From Octopus sinensis (lineage: Eukaryota): DNA of 64,000 nt. The DNA lies in the NCBI RefSeq assembly GCF_006345805.1, contig NC_043020.1, positions 17,608,001-17,672,000 on the forward strand, written 5' to 3'. Shown in pieces: positions 36,171-49,955 of the stretch; the stretch's first letter is position 1; each line of letters begins with the position of its first letter. The notes beneath the pieces are model-generated. The model saw only the letters and a list, made by a program, of their open reading frames with translations, had not been told where the DNA came from and searched no databases. Made by a program: the position numbers and the translations under genes.

Positions 36171-37831
36171 GATGAAGGTGCAGAGGAAGAGAGTGGGGAT
36201 CTTCTCCACAAAACCTGTTTGACCTGTATACCATCAATGAAAAGAAAATGAAAACTTACTCCACTCATAATGAAGATGAATGAGGTTGACTTAAGTATGA
36301 GTCTGTATTTTGAAATATATTGTCCAATTGGCCACTGTAGCTACTTGTCAAGATGTTGTTTAGTGAAGGTGTGTGGCTTTGAAGGTCACGAGTTCAATTT
36401 GCAGCAACATATTGTGTTCTTGAGCAAGACACTTTATTTCACGTTGCCCCAGTTCACCCAGTTGGGAAAAATGAGTAGTACCAGTATTTCAAAGGGTCGG
36501 CCTTGTCACATTCTGTGTCATGCCGAATCTCCCGGAGAACTACATTAAGGGTACACATGTCTGTGGAGTACTCAGCCACTTGCATGTTAATTTCACAAGC
36601 CAGCTGTTCCATTGGTCGGATCAACTGGAACCCTTCATTGTTGTAACCAATGGACTGCCAGTTCAAGATGTTTAACCCTTGGTCCAATCTGAATGTACAA
36701 ATTTATACTTATTCCAACCATGACTATCAAGTCATTTCGCATATTTTTCTTCAGATTTAATATATCTAGGACATTATCAAATACATCAATACATTTCTTA
36801 GACTAGGGTGTGATTTGAGAGTGGTTTGGTTATTTCTAGCAAAGTCAAAAGACCACATAGAGGTCTTCCTTGTTGGCTTGCGATAATGATTGTTGATTTG
36901 AACATGGTGAGTGAAATGTTTGTTGTTGTTTAACTCCAGGTCAACCCTGATCAAGCAGACTTTATGATAAAGGTATTCCAACTATAACCAGTCTAATAAT
37001 ATAAATAATATATAAATATATGCATATATACATACATATATGTACATGCCTACATCTATATGTATATATACATGCATATATGGGTACAGGACATCAAAAA
37101 ACATTGAACACAATGAGAAATGAAAACATAAAAACAAAAACATAGAAACAAACATTTTTTCAAACAACGAAAAAAAACAGAGAAACGAGACATACAACAT
37201 AAAGAATATTCCCCTTCTTCAGTTGTCCCTGTTTTATTTACTCCACATTTCGAAGGCAAGTCTGCCTTTTCTTTATGTGTAGAATGCCTTCTATTATAGC
37301 CCCAGCCAGATCAAAGCCTTGTAAGTGGAGATTCAGCCCACTACATGGCACCTTGGACAAGTGTCTTCTACTATAGCCTCAGGCTGACCAAAGCCTTGTG
37401 AGTGAATTTGGTAGACGGAAACTGAAAGAAGCCCATCATATATGTGCGTGTGTGTCTGTTTGTGCTTGTCCCTGTAACTTAGCAGTTTGACAAGAGAGAT
37501 GATAGAATAAGTACTAGGCTTACAAAGAATAAGTCCTGGGGTCGATTTCTTCGACTAAAACCCCTTAAAGTAGTGCTCCAGCATGGCCAAAGTCAAATGA
37601 ATGAAACAAATTAAAGAATAGAATATGCAGCTATTACTCCAGACACATTTCTTCGCCTCTCTCCATCTGTTTTCTCTTCTCATTCCTTTCTCATCCAGAA
37701 TATTAGAGTATGTGGGAGGGGTGTGTCTATTTTTTATTTTATAAACCAAGGAAATCATTAATTTTGGTTAAGAATTTAACCAGATTATGCACCAGATATG
37801 GAAAGCTCAATAACATATATTTACTAGTTTT

Positions 37832-38088
37832 TATTGGGTTGGTGCATAATTATTGCGGCTTTTTTTTACAACAAATTTTTATTCAACAAAAACAATAACA
37901 ATATTTAACAAAAGCATCTTTAAATGACAGTCTGACCGTCTGCCAAGCAAACAGGAAACGGTAATTGAAGTAGATGGTGAATATTCTCTGGAATAATCAT
38001 TTAATGATGTTTTTGTTATATGCTGTTATTGTTTTTGTTGAATAAAATTTATTGAAAAAAGCCACAATAATTATGCACCTACCCAATA
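37832..38088. mobile_element. Mariner-derived MITE with ~70-bp inverted ends
   Basis: TA-TTGGGTTGGTGCATAATTATTGCGG... / ...CCACAATAATTATGCACCTACCCAA-TA (Hsmar1/MADE-like TIR); internal LPSKQETVIEVDGEY resembles a mariner C-terminus. Confidence 0.85.
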
Positions 38089-39009
38089 TTTTCAAATAAA
38101 ACACTCTCTCTCTCTCCATCTCCATCTGTGTGTGTGTGTGTGTGTGTGTGTATTTTCAAATTTTACATATATATATACATATATATATATATATCATTTT
38201 CAAAGTGTGTGTGTATAATATTTTCAAGTGTTTATAGTATTTTCAAAGTATATGATATATTTAATTTATAAACATGTCAGATTTTCGATCTTTAGCCTGT
38301 ATTGGTTTTCAATTTATATTTATATAATACAAACATATTTGCTAGCATATTTATACATATATATTGATATGGTGAAATATTTACCATTACTGACCTACAT
38401 AAGTTTAACTTGGTGTGTGTGTACGCATGCGTGCCTCTATACTTTCTACTAAGCACTTTTTGAAACATTCACTGGAAAATAACTTTACCCAGTCAGTGTC
38501 TCCAACAGCTTATGAGCAGATATGAATCATTTCATTCTGTGAGCATATACCAGGCATTTAGTTCTGCATATACATCTACAAGTATTTACATAGCATTACT
38601 CAAAGACAATATATCTGAATTAATAAAAAAACAAACTGAAAATTTTTTTAGATCTAATGCAGTTTCAAGATTTTTTAACTCAAAGATTAATGCTGATTAG
38701 GTTTCCACCTACAAATGCTGCCAAAATTGGTTGTTTTCAGTACTCGTGACAAATTCTTCATCATCACTGCGAAGAGCCCTTAATAGAAGCAGCCAGTCTT
38801 TGGGGTGTCTATCCAGGCACTTTCATAGTTAATTACAGGTAAGTTCACTTCCATTAATTCACTACGAAGAAAGTTCACTGCAGGGAAAGTTTACCAAGAA
38901 GATATATCCAAAGTATCTCACCATTAATAGTGAAAAACTATTTTATTGAAGGAAAAAAAAACAGTGAAGTTTCCCTGCTGTGAATTGATGATGGTGAACT
39001 TACTGGACA

Positions 39010-39185
39010 TGTTCATAGTCAACCATTTCCACTGGTCTCTGTTCTTTGTCATGCATAGCAGGGTCACTGTGTTTTGACCTGCCCAGTCCTTGATGTTGTC
39101 AAACCAGGATTTTCTGTCTGCCCCTCTTTCACCCTCCCTCAACTGTACCCTGAAGGGAATTGTGTGGTGGGATACATGACTGTAC
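39010..39185 (-). mobile_element. RTE-clade LINE 3' remnant
   Basis: HVSHHT...RKSWFDNIKDWAGQ...NRDQWKWL matches the RTE ORF2 C-terminal pattern. Confidence 0.65.
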
Positions 39186-39506
39186 CAGGAAAAGTTTATT
39201 AACCCTTTAGCTTTTAAACCAGCCATATCTGGCCAAAATATTCTGTCTGTTTTATGTTCAAACTGACCAGATCTTATTTCTCACACCAGCCCTATAATCA
39301 TCATCATCATCGTCGTCGTCGTTTAACGTCTGCTTTCCATGCTAGCATGGGTTGGACGATTTGACTGAGGTCTGGCGAACCAGATGGCTGCACCAGATTC
39401 CAATCTGATTTGGCAGAGTTTCTACAGCTGGATGCCCTTCCTACCGCCAACCACTCCGGGAGTCCAACAAAAGCATGTGTGGTTACATGGCTGAAGTGAC
39501 TATCTA

Positions 39507-39641
39507 TAACAAAAGTAAGAATGAAGAAGACCACATCTTTTATTGGTAATTACAAACATAACCAATGATTACATCATTGGTTATGTATGGTATAATCACC
39601 AATTAAAGACGTGATTTTCTCCATTCTTATTCTTCTTGTCA
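39507..39641. repeat. Foldback element with ~60-bp imperfect arms
   Basis: Core ACATAACCAATGA..TCATTGGTTATGT; complementarity extends to both ends. Confidence 0.8.
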
Positions 39642-40972
39642 TATACTCTGAATTTCTTGAAATTCTTCCAAGAGATATTTGGCTTTACTTATCATACATG
39701 AGGAATTTCCTTGGATGTTTATTCTACTTACATTTATTGGTATCTGATTGTTTGATATAGTTAACCAAATTCATTTATCACTTAATGCTTTATAGATATC
39801 TGCTTGGATTTATTAATCCTTTTTACTTCTTATGTATGTAAGTATGTATATATATATATACACATACACACACATATATATGCATGCTTGAATTTATTGG
39901 TATCTGGTTGTTTTGATAGAGTTAACCAAATTTGTCTAACACTGAGTGCTTTAGAGATATCTGCCTTGATTTATTAATTTCTTTTATTTCTTATGGTGTG
40001 TGTATCCATGTCTAGACATCACATGATGGTTGTAAATGAGCTTCTTCGTCATACAAGCAGGGTCATTCATTTCCAGTCTTCTGTGAATAAACATGGCTAG
40101 CTATGAGGAAATATTACCTTGCTTGGAAACAGGTAAGGATTGGTAACAGAAAGAATATCCACTCAACAGAAAATTTACCTCAACAAATCCTGTTTGATTC
40201 ACACAAGTATGGAAAAGTGAACATTATATAATAATAATGATGATGATGAAAACTTTTTTTCTTTTTTTACTTCCTAAATCAGGGAGAGAAAGATAGGAAA
40301 AGCAGCATCCATGATCCTTTGCAAATTCAGGGTCGATGATGCTAAATAAGGAAATTATCCTCAAACCTAATATGAATGCTTGCAACAGAATGAATGCCAC
40401 TAAAAGCACTAAAGGATTAAATTGTGCTGTTAGACTGAATAATGGGTTAAGTTTACTATCCATGTAAGTGACGGTGGGATTTGAACTTGAATGCAAAAAG
40501 CTTGTACAAATACCACAAGGTGTCTTCTCTGATGTTCTAACAATTCTGCTAATCCAGTACACTGGACTGTTATTTTATTTCAATGACTCTGAAACAATGC
40601 AATGGGTGGGGAACTAAAGAACTAGTTGTGGTGCATCCTTGGTATAGTTGTGGTGCATCAGGTGATGTAATGAGAGGTAGCTCATTAAATGAACTCTGTG
40701 TCGCTCAGATTTTAATATAGAATGTTGTTAGTGACCTTAGGTTTAAGCTATTGGGCAGGAATGGTGAGGGACAGATTCCGTTGCAAAGTTATAGGTACAG
40801 ACAGGGAGTGATTAAGAAAAATAAGAAGAATGGGAAGCATAAAACACACAAAGTAAAATACAGCCACACATACATACAATAGGCTTTTTCGGCTTTCATC
40901 TTCCAAATCCACTCACAAGGTTTGGGTCAGCCTGCAATTATAGTAAAATAGTAGAAGACATTTATGCTTTTT

Positions 40973-41372
40973 AGGCGCAGGAGTGGCTGTGTGGTAAGTA
41001 GCTTGTTTACTAACCACATGGTTCCGGGTTCAGTCCCACTGCGCGGCACCTTGGGCAAGTGTCTTCTACTATAGCCTCGGGCTGACCAAAGCCTTGTGAG
41101 TGGATTTGGTAGATGGAAACTGAAAGAAGCCCGTCGTATATATGTATATATATATATATGCCTGTGTGTGTTTGTGTGTCCGTATTTGTCCCCCTAGCAT
41201 TGCTTGACAACCGATGCTGGTGTGTTTATGTCCCCGTTACTTAGCGGTTCGGCAAAAGAGACTGATAGTATAAGTACTGGGCTTACAAAAGAATAAGTCC
41301 TGGGGTCAAGTTGCTCGATTAAAGGCGGTGCTCCAGCATGGCTGCAGTCAAATGACTGAAACAAGTAAAATA
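40973..41372 (+). mobile_element. SINE family 1, full length
   Basis: Complete head to tail. Similar copies at 45725-46140(+), 48085-48462(-), 53864-54240(+), 59085-59492(+), 60195-60637(-). Confidence 0.9.
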
Positions 41373-42283
41373 TTAGAAGACACTTGCCCAACATACAATG
41401 CAGTTGGATTCAATCCAAGTCCACATGACTGAGAAGCAAGCTTCTCAATCACGCAGCCATGCTTATGTTTATATTTTATGCTTTTAAAAACAGTAAAATT
41501 CTCCTGTATAGAAAGAAGTACAAGTTAGCCAGCCGAGCAAATAACCTTCTCGTTGAAGCGATGGGGTAGAGTCATTATCTGCTTTTCAAAATAATGCTTG
41601 TTTGTCTAACCATTCCTCAAAGAGAATCTGAGATGCTGCAGGATTATTGTGGTTTAGTTCTGAGACTCACAAATCTATTTTGCATGGATCCTCATAATGT
41701 CAAGCAGGTTTCCAGGCAATAACAAAGGATATTTAAGTAAGTCCTTCATCAGCATGTGTGTGTGTGTGTGTGTGTATGTGAATGTTTATGCATATTTGTG
41801 CAAATGTATATGGCTGTGTATTTGTTTGTGAGTTTGTGTGTATAGGTATGTCGTTTCACTTTGTGTGTGGTCTCAAGCCACTCCCCCCCTCTCCTCTTTT
41901 CCCTACTTATTAACAACTTTTAAGGAAGATCATCATGATGAATGGGAATAAAATACAGCAACAAAGATAAGAACAGAACAAACAAAAGCAACACTTGGGC
42001 CTAACAACAACAACAACAACAACAAAAAAAAAAGCAAACATTGCCAAGAACAGCAGCAATGTCAACAACTACAACAAGAATTTTGAAGAATACAAAGAAT
42101 TGAATGAGAAAAAAAAAACCCCCAAAAAACCCCAAAAAGACAGGATCAAGAACAAATGCTCCTGGGATGTGGGAAGCAAGACATACTTATGCATGTGTGT
42201 ACATATTTATGCAACAGTAACTACATGTGTATGTGTATACACATTTCACATGTAAATGTCATATGCGCAGAGTATTGTATTCT

Positions 42284-42321
<38 letters not shown>

Positions 42322-42351
42322 AATATTATTATTATTATTATTATTATTATT

Positions 42352-43245
42352 TAGGCAGTAGGCTGGCAAAATTGTTAGCATGCCAGGCAGAATGCTTAGT
42401 GGCATTTCATCTGTCTCCATGTTCTGAGTTCAAATTCCACAGAAGTCGACTTTGTCTTTCATTCTTTCAGGGTCAAAAAAATTAAGCACCAGTCAAGCTC
42501 TGGGGTTGATGTAATCGATTTATCTCTCCCCACAAATTTCAGGCCTTGTGTCTATAATAGAAAGGATTATTATTATTATTATTATTTAGGCAGCGAGCTG
42601 GCAAAATCATTAGCATATCAGGCGAAATGCATAGCAGTATTTCGCCTGTCATCACATTCTGAGTTCAAATTCCACTAGGGGTAACTTTGCCTTTCATCTT
42701 TTCAGGGTCAATAAAATAAGTACCAGTTGAGTTCTGGGGTCAGTGTAATCAAATAACCCTCTCCTTTAAATTTCAGGCCTTGTACCTATAGTAGAAAGGA
42801 TTATTATTAAGGTGATGAGCTGGCAGAATCATTAACACACCTGGCAAAATGCTTACCAGCATTTCATCCATCTTCATGTTCTGAGTTCAAATTCTTCTTT
42901 CATCCTTTAGGGGTCAATAAAATAAGTATCAGTTTGAATACTGGGATTGATGTAATCAACTTATCCCCTACCCTGAAATTGCTAGCCATGCTGAAATTTG
43001 AAATCATCATTGTTGTTGTTATTATTATTAAGGTGGCGAGCTGGTAGAATTGTTAGCACACCAGGCAAAATACTTGGTGGTATTTTGTCCATCTTTACGT
43101 CCTGATTTCAAATTCTGCCGAGGTCAAATTAACCTTTCATCCTTCAGGGGTTGATAAATTAAGTACTAGATGAGTACTGAGGTTGATGTAATCGACTTCC
43201 TCCCACCGCTGAAACTGCTGGCCTTGTGCCAAAATTTGACATATT
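42352..43245 (+). mobile_element. Tandem array of four family-2-type SINE copies separated by (TTA)n
   Basis: Units start ~42352, 42588, 42808 and 43030, each G(A/G)GCTGG(C/T)A(A/G)AA...TTCAAATTC...AAGTA. Confidence 0.85.
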
Positions 43246-43593
43246 ATTTTTCGGGCCCATGCAACTTAGTTTTGTAGGCTCCTTACAGGAACCTAGACCA
43301 GTTTTTTCCAGCCAGAAAGAGAGAAGAATCAACTTCTGTACATGGTTGGTATTTTATTTATGGAACCCAAGATGATGCAAGGTGGAGTTGACTTAAATGG
43401 GAAAATGGGATTTGAACTTGGAGCACAGAGAACTGGAAATAATACCACAAATAATTCTATCTGTTGTTTTAATGAATCTGCCATCTTGCCTATATATATG
43501 TATACAACAGAAGTAAATAGACACTCTTATAATCATTAAAATTAATTTAAATCTGAAATTATACCTTCAAATTATTTGTTATAATGTAAATAT

Positions 43594-44033
<440 letters not shown>

Positions 44034-44595
44034 GTGTGTCTTTTTATGAAGTTGGTTATATGCAAATGTAACTATGATTCTTTCTAATTTTAGCAATTTT
44101 GAGGAGAGGGGCTAGTACATGTACTTCTTTTTATCAACCTAAAAAGGATGAAAAGTAAAGATGACCATTGTGTAATTTGAGTTTAGAATGTAAAACCAGA
44201 AATGCCACTAAGTATTTTGTCTGGTTTGTTAACTCTCATAAAATATCAGATACGAACTCCCATAGACAGTAATAAATAAAAAAAAAAAGGGCGAAGTCAT
44301 TCATGAGAATTGAACCATGTGTCTACTGTAGATCAGATCATTGTGGTACCACTAAACCAGAGAAGCCTTCTAACCTTTATGTGTCAAATTTGAAGCTTTA
44401 ATCTTATGAGCAAGAAAGGAAATTTGTGTTTTGAATCATATTTTGGAAGTCTTGAGAAATTAGAAAATAAGACTTGTGTTGCACAAAGTTAAGTATGACT
44501 ATGAGTAATAAGCAGTGAAAAAATATAAAATTCCTTAGAAAAAAATAGAAGTGGTCAGTCACCCTCAAGAACCAGACCATACATCTGCTGTAGGC

Positions 44596-45383
44596 CAGGT
44601 GGTAATGATTCTACAAAACAAAAGAGTTGTAAGTAAAACTGCATTTATTCAACTTTGATAAAAGATTTACTTTCAAATTTCAAATGTTTCAAAAATATGA
44701 TCTAGAATGAACAAAGCCTTTTAATTTCATGATTAAAAGTTAATTCTTGCTGACTGAATGGTATCTTAGTTGTTCAGTCTATGGTAGACACATGGTTTAA
44801 TTCCTGTGGATGACTTTGTCTACTTCCGTGCTAAAAGATCTTTTTACTTGGTATATCATGAGCTTTTACTTAGAAGTTGCATATGCATCTGAGGAATTTC
44901 ATGAAGATTTACTTTCAGATTTTTCCATGCTTCAAAAACAATCCAAACCACACACACATAATGGTTTCAAATTTTGGTGCAAGGCCAAAAATTTCAAGGG
45001 AGGAGTTAAGTTAACATCAACCCCAACCCCAAAAGAACAAAAGGTAAATTCAATCTCAACTGCATTTAAACTCAGATCATAAAGCTGAAAGAAACATCAT
45101 TCAATATTTTGTCCAGTGCACTAACAATTGTGCCAGCTTGTCCCCTTTATATGTGAGTAATATATCAGGTGGTAATGAATTTACAAAACAAAAGAGTTGT
45201 AAGTAAAATTGCATTTATTCAACTTTAATAAAAGATTTACTTTCAAATTTCAAATGTTTCAAAAATATGATCCAGAATGAACAAAGCCTTTTAATTTCAT
45301 GGTTAAAAGTTAATTCTTGCTGACAGAATGGTATCACAGTTGTTCAGTCTATGGTAGACACATGGTTTAATTCCTGTGGATGA
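44596..45383 (+). repeat. ~218-bp near-identical direct repeat (44596-44813 and 45166-45383)
   Basis: Both copies run CAGGTGGTAATGA...TTCCTGTGGATGA with only scattered mismatches. Confidence 0.9.
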
Positions 45384-46142
45384 ACCTACTGGGGGTGGAA
45401 CAAACCACTTAAGAAGTTTGTTTCACCCCCAGTAGTTTCCAGATTTGATCCAATGACATATGTCTTCTCATATTGCTTTGAATTGACGAATAGCTTGAGT
45501 GAAATTTAGTGAATGGAAAATGTTGAAAGCTCCTCATATGTGCTGGTAAAAGATATGAATCTTATCAAGAAATTTCTGGTCAGTTGGTGCATCAAACAAA
45601 AATTACCTTGTGATATTATTTATTCCTCCCTACTTGCACCATACCTCTGTTAACATGGGCCAGTGATTGACTTATTGGAAACCTATCAACATTGATGCTA
45701 TGGTTTACAAAAGTGCCTATCATATAGTGGCTGTGTGGTAAGTAGCTTGCTTACCAACCACATGGTTCCAGGTTCAGTCCCACTGCGTGGCATCTTGGGC
45801 AAGTGTCTTCTGCTATAGCCCCGGGTCGACCAATGCCTTATGAGTGGATTTGGTAGACGGAAACTGAAAGAAGCCTGTCGTATATATGTATATATATATG
45901 TGTGTGTGTGTGTGTATATATGTTTGTGTGTCTGTGTTTGTCCCCCTAGCATTGCTTGACAACTGATGCTGGTGTGTTTACGTCCCCGTCACTTAGCGGT
46001 TCGTCACTTAGCGGTTCACTTAGCGATAGAATAAGTACTGGGGTTACAAAGAATAAGTCCCGGGGTCGATTTGCTCAACTAAAGGCGGTGCTCCAGCATG
46101 GCCGCAGTCAAATGACTGAAACAAAAGAGTAAAAAGAGAGAG

Positions 46143-47170
46143 TATCCATCCATCCATCCATCTGCCTATTAATCCTGGAAGGACCATGGGAAAAGAGTCC
46201 TTAGGCATGTCTTCTATAGGATTCTATCAGAATTCAACCACCATGAAGTTTTTTGGTTGGATTCCTTAATGTGACCAACTGAGATTATGGATATTATCCA
46301 GCCATTTCGTTTCTGGTCTACCTCTAGCTCTCCTACTGGCTGGCTTGAAGAATCCATCTTGCAATTCTTACCTGTGACATTCTAATCACATGTTCGTAGG
46401 GCTGTAGCTGTGATCCCTCAATGCAGAGAAGTAGCAACTTCACCTGGAGAGACTGCCTGATCTCCAAGAGCTGGCAGAAACGTTAGCACACCGGGCAAAA
46501 TGCTTAGTGGTATTTTGTCTGCCGCTACGTTCTGAGTTCAAATTCCGCCGAGGTCGACTTTGCCTTTCATTCTTTCGAGGTCGATAAATTAAGTACCAGT
46601 TACGCACTGGGGTTGATGTAATCGATTTAATCCCTTTGTCTGTCCTTGTTTGTCCACTCTATGTTTAGCCCCTTGTGGGTATTAAAGAAATAGCTATGCG
46701 CACTGTTCAGTAACATTATACCGGAGACCCTTTGGAGGAACCCTATTTCAGCTACTTGTATCTGTGATCATATTCTTTTGTTCAATGCCCAACATCCAAT
46801 ACCATAGCTGAGGATAGGCACAAAAGCCAAATTAAAGATGATGAGTATGGCTTTTTTACCACACACACACACCATAAGAAATAAAAGAAATTAATAAATC
46901 TCTTCTGAGGATTGAATGCTGGAGCTGGTGCATTACTGTGCCAGTACCCACAATTCTGGCATCCATTTCAGCCCTCTGCTTCCCATCTCTCATGAACATG
47001 GCCCTGAGATACTTAAACTTCTCCACTTGCTTCGGTGACGTTCCGCCAATTTGCAGAATGTACTGGGAAGATTTTCTTGAGAGAACCGATATCTCAGTCT
47101 TTGGAACACTAATTTTCATCCCTGCCTTGCAACACTCGGCAGTGATCCTCCATTTGGTACATGCTAAAAA
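46143..47170 (-). mobile_element. RTE-clade (Rex3/Expander-like) LINE 3' remnant with (GATG)n tail, interrupted by a SINE
   Basis: MKISVPKTE...QVEKFKYL...EMDARI; PILSYG...AEIGFLQRV; ...RGRPETKWLDNI; plus-strand (CATC)n at ~46143-46162. Confidence 0.85.
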
Positions 47171-48765
47171 TTGCCTTCTGATAAGTCAAGTAGCAACATG
47201 TTGTCTGCAAATAGCAAATATAATACTTAAAATTGCATGACGTTATTGCAATTTTTCTCTGATCTTTGTGTTTAAGGCTGTTATATTCCCATACTCTGTG
47301 TATTTGTGTGTGTCTATTGAACTCCAGCCTTGTGTATGTATTATTGTATCTGTGTGTATGTGACTATTGTATATCTACTTTGTATATATTTTATTGTTGA
47401 ACTATCAAACATATGCAGAGTGTGTATGCTTCCTCATCTATATAAGCTATTGTATTTCTCCCTATGCGTGAAGGGCGGTCAAATGTGTGTTAAATTTATC
47501 TTCTTGCAATTGGTCGTTCTAAAAAGAAAAAAAGAATTAAATAAATGAAGGACTTTTTCCTGAGTCTCACTCTTGAGTGGGACTTGACATTAATGCTCTG
47601 CCTCAGGTCACATGAGTTAAGTGCAAGTCAGCCATCTTTGTTATATTTATAGATTTTAATAAAAAGAAAAAATAGTAAAGAAAAAAGACAAGCTCCTTAA
47701 CTTTTTTTGCCTTAGCATAGTTGAGTAATCCTTCCTTTTATTTTAATTGGATAATAATTAAGTGTTTTAATAATTGTGGTTGTTGTAAGTCCCCCAGCTC
47801 CACCCTGACCCAGGAGCAAAACTATGACCAAAGACATTCCACTCTTGACCATTCTGTTTTAGTAGGTACCCTCTAGTTTTTACATTATCTAATATGCTCT
47901 TTCCTGATATAAAATAGCTGACCATGTAATAGAGGCTCCCTCGCTGAATCGAAGGGATTTTGGTGTCCAGTGGGTAATGCAAAGATCTTGCTTTCACGTG
48001 CAAATCTTGATGTCTTTCTGTGGATCTTAGATGAAAGACTTTGAATCTTGTCTTAGACTTCTCTTTTTTTTTTTGCAATCCTTTATCTTTTACTTGTTTC
48101 AGTCATCAGACTGCGGCCATGCTGGGGCACCGCCTTGAAGAATTTTAGTCGAATGAATCAACCCCAGTACTTTTTCCTTTGAAGCCTGGTACTTATTGTC
48201 TTGGTCTCTTTTGCTGAAGTTACAGGGGTTGTAAACACACCAACACCAGTTATGTGGTGGTGAGGGACAAACAAATACACACAGACACACACACACATTT
48301 AAAGGGCTTCTTTCAGTTTCTTTCTACCAAGTTCACTCACAAGGCTTTGGTTGATCTGGAGCTAAAATAGAAGACACTTGCCCAAGGTGCCGTGCAGTGG
48401 GACTGAACCCAGGACCATGTGGTTGGGAAACAAGCTTTTTACTACACTGCTACAACTGCACCTAAGAAAATTTTTTTTTTTTTACAAGTTAATTCTTAGC
48501 ATCTTGTTGAAAATATTCAAGTCAAAACCCCAGCCCAGCTCAATCATATTATGATTCTGTAAGTTAGGAGCTATAGATTTCAGAAGGGACTTCGTTGGAG
48601 ACATGGAAACTCTTTGTGTGGAATTTCTTATTCTAGTTGTTATTTAACCCTTCAGCATTCAGATTTCTCTGCCAAATATAATGCGTATCTACTTACATTG
48701 CTCTGAATCAATCGTGCATTATCTCGTAGCTTCAAGATTTTGATGATGTAATTGTTTATTTTTAG

Positions 48766-49010
48766 TTAGTTAGTTAAGTTAGTTAGTTAATTTTTTGGCT
48801 CAAAAAGCAAAAAGCAAGGCCATGTAGGGGGACATGGAGTTATGTACAGGGTGGTGTTCATGTAAAGAGTTCAGGCTGCTTGTGGTCAAGGGAGACTTTG
48901 AACCGAGCGGTCGTCGGCATCTTCACCATCTCGTCTGGCAGCTTATTCCACGGATCCGCAACCCGGACGGAGAAAGCCCCTCTCCTTCGATTGAGATGAA
49001 ATCGTCGCAG
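48766..49010 (-). mobile_element. Young CR1-clade LINE 3' end with (TAAC)n tail
   Basis: Minus-strand translation RRGAFSVRVADPWNKLPDEMVKMPTTARFKVSLD* matches the FSxRVxxxWNxLP motif; CpG-rich. Confidence 0.85.
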
Positions 49011-49439
49011 AATCATTTTAGAATGATATTGTAGGGTAGGTCTGAGAGGCTGGATCTGGCCAGTTTGAACATTGACCCTTTAGCATCCAGATTCCTCTGT
49101 TAAATGATTTTTAAAAATCCCCTTGTTTTTAATTAATCATGCATTATCTCTTAGCTCCAAATTTCTAATGCTGTGATTGTTTATTTTTAGAATGACATTG
49201 TTGGGTAAGTGTGAGAAGCTGGATCTGACTGGCTTGAACATAAAACTGATAGAATATCTGGGCTGGATATTGTTGGTTTGAATGTTAAAAAGTCAACCCT
49301 GATCAAATTAACCCATAATCAGCCCTCATTCAGCAGAATTTTTGAGTTTTTCTTCTAAGGCATAGTTTACTTCCTTTGCTTTTGAGACATTTGCGTAGGA
49401 TTTGATCTGAACTTAGATGCTGTTTCTAACATGTCAGAC

Positions 49440-49955
49440 AAGAATAATTACTTAAAAGTTGTCTCTCTCTTTCACCTCCCCCACTCTCTATCTCTTTATC
49501 CCCATTCTATCTCTCTCCCCCTCTATCTCTCTATCTCTGTTACTCCCTTTCTTTCTCTTTTTACCCCACTCTATAGCTCTCCCTCTCTGTATCTCTCTCC
49601 TCTGTCTCTCCCACTCTCTACATATCTCTCTCTCCTTTGTATAGCTCTCTCCCCTCTAACTCTCCCCTCCTTCTCCACTCTATCTCTCTATCTCTGTTAC
49701 TCCCTTTCTTTCTCTATTTTACCCCTCTCTATAGCTCTCCCTTTCTCCATCTCTCTCCTCTGTCTCTCCCACTCTCTACATATTTCTCTCCTCTCTGTAT
49801 ATCTCTCTCCACCTCTAACTCTCTACTCCTCCTCAACTCTCTTTCTATATATATATATATAATATATATATATATCTTCTCTATCTCACCCCCTCTCTCT
49901 CTCTCCTTCTCTGTCCCTCTCTTACCCTCTCTATTTTCTCCTCTCTCTCTCTCTA
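49440..49955. repeat. Polypyrimidine (CT-rich) tract with ~156-bp internal duplication
   Basis: CTCTATCTCTCTATCTCTGTTACTCCC begins at ~49522 and again at ~49678. Confidence 0.8.

Noticed and set aside
41512-41569. Possible exon KKYKLASRANNLLVEAMG*; similar candidate acceptors at ~50220 and ~57498
   Set aside because: Good acceptors but weak donors and no recognisable protein; expected by chance in 64 kb of AT-rich DNA.
45988-46027. GTCACTTAGCGGTTC repeated ~2.5 times inside a SINE
   Set aside because: Simple replication slippage with no further structure.
48900-48920. CCGACGA on the minus strand inside the CR1 fragment
   Set aside because: It lies in coding sequence, with no GAAA or stem III at the right spacing.
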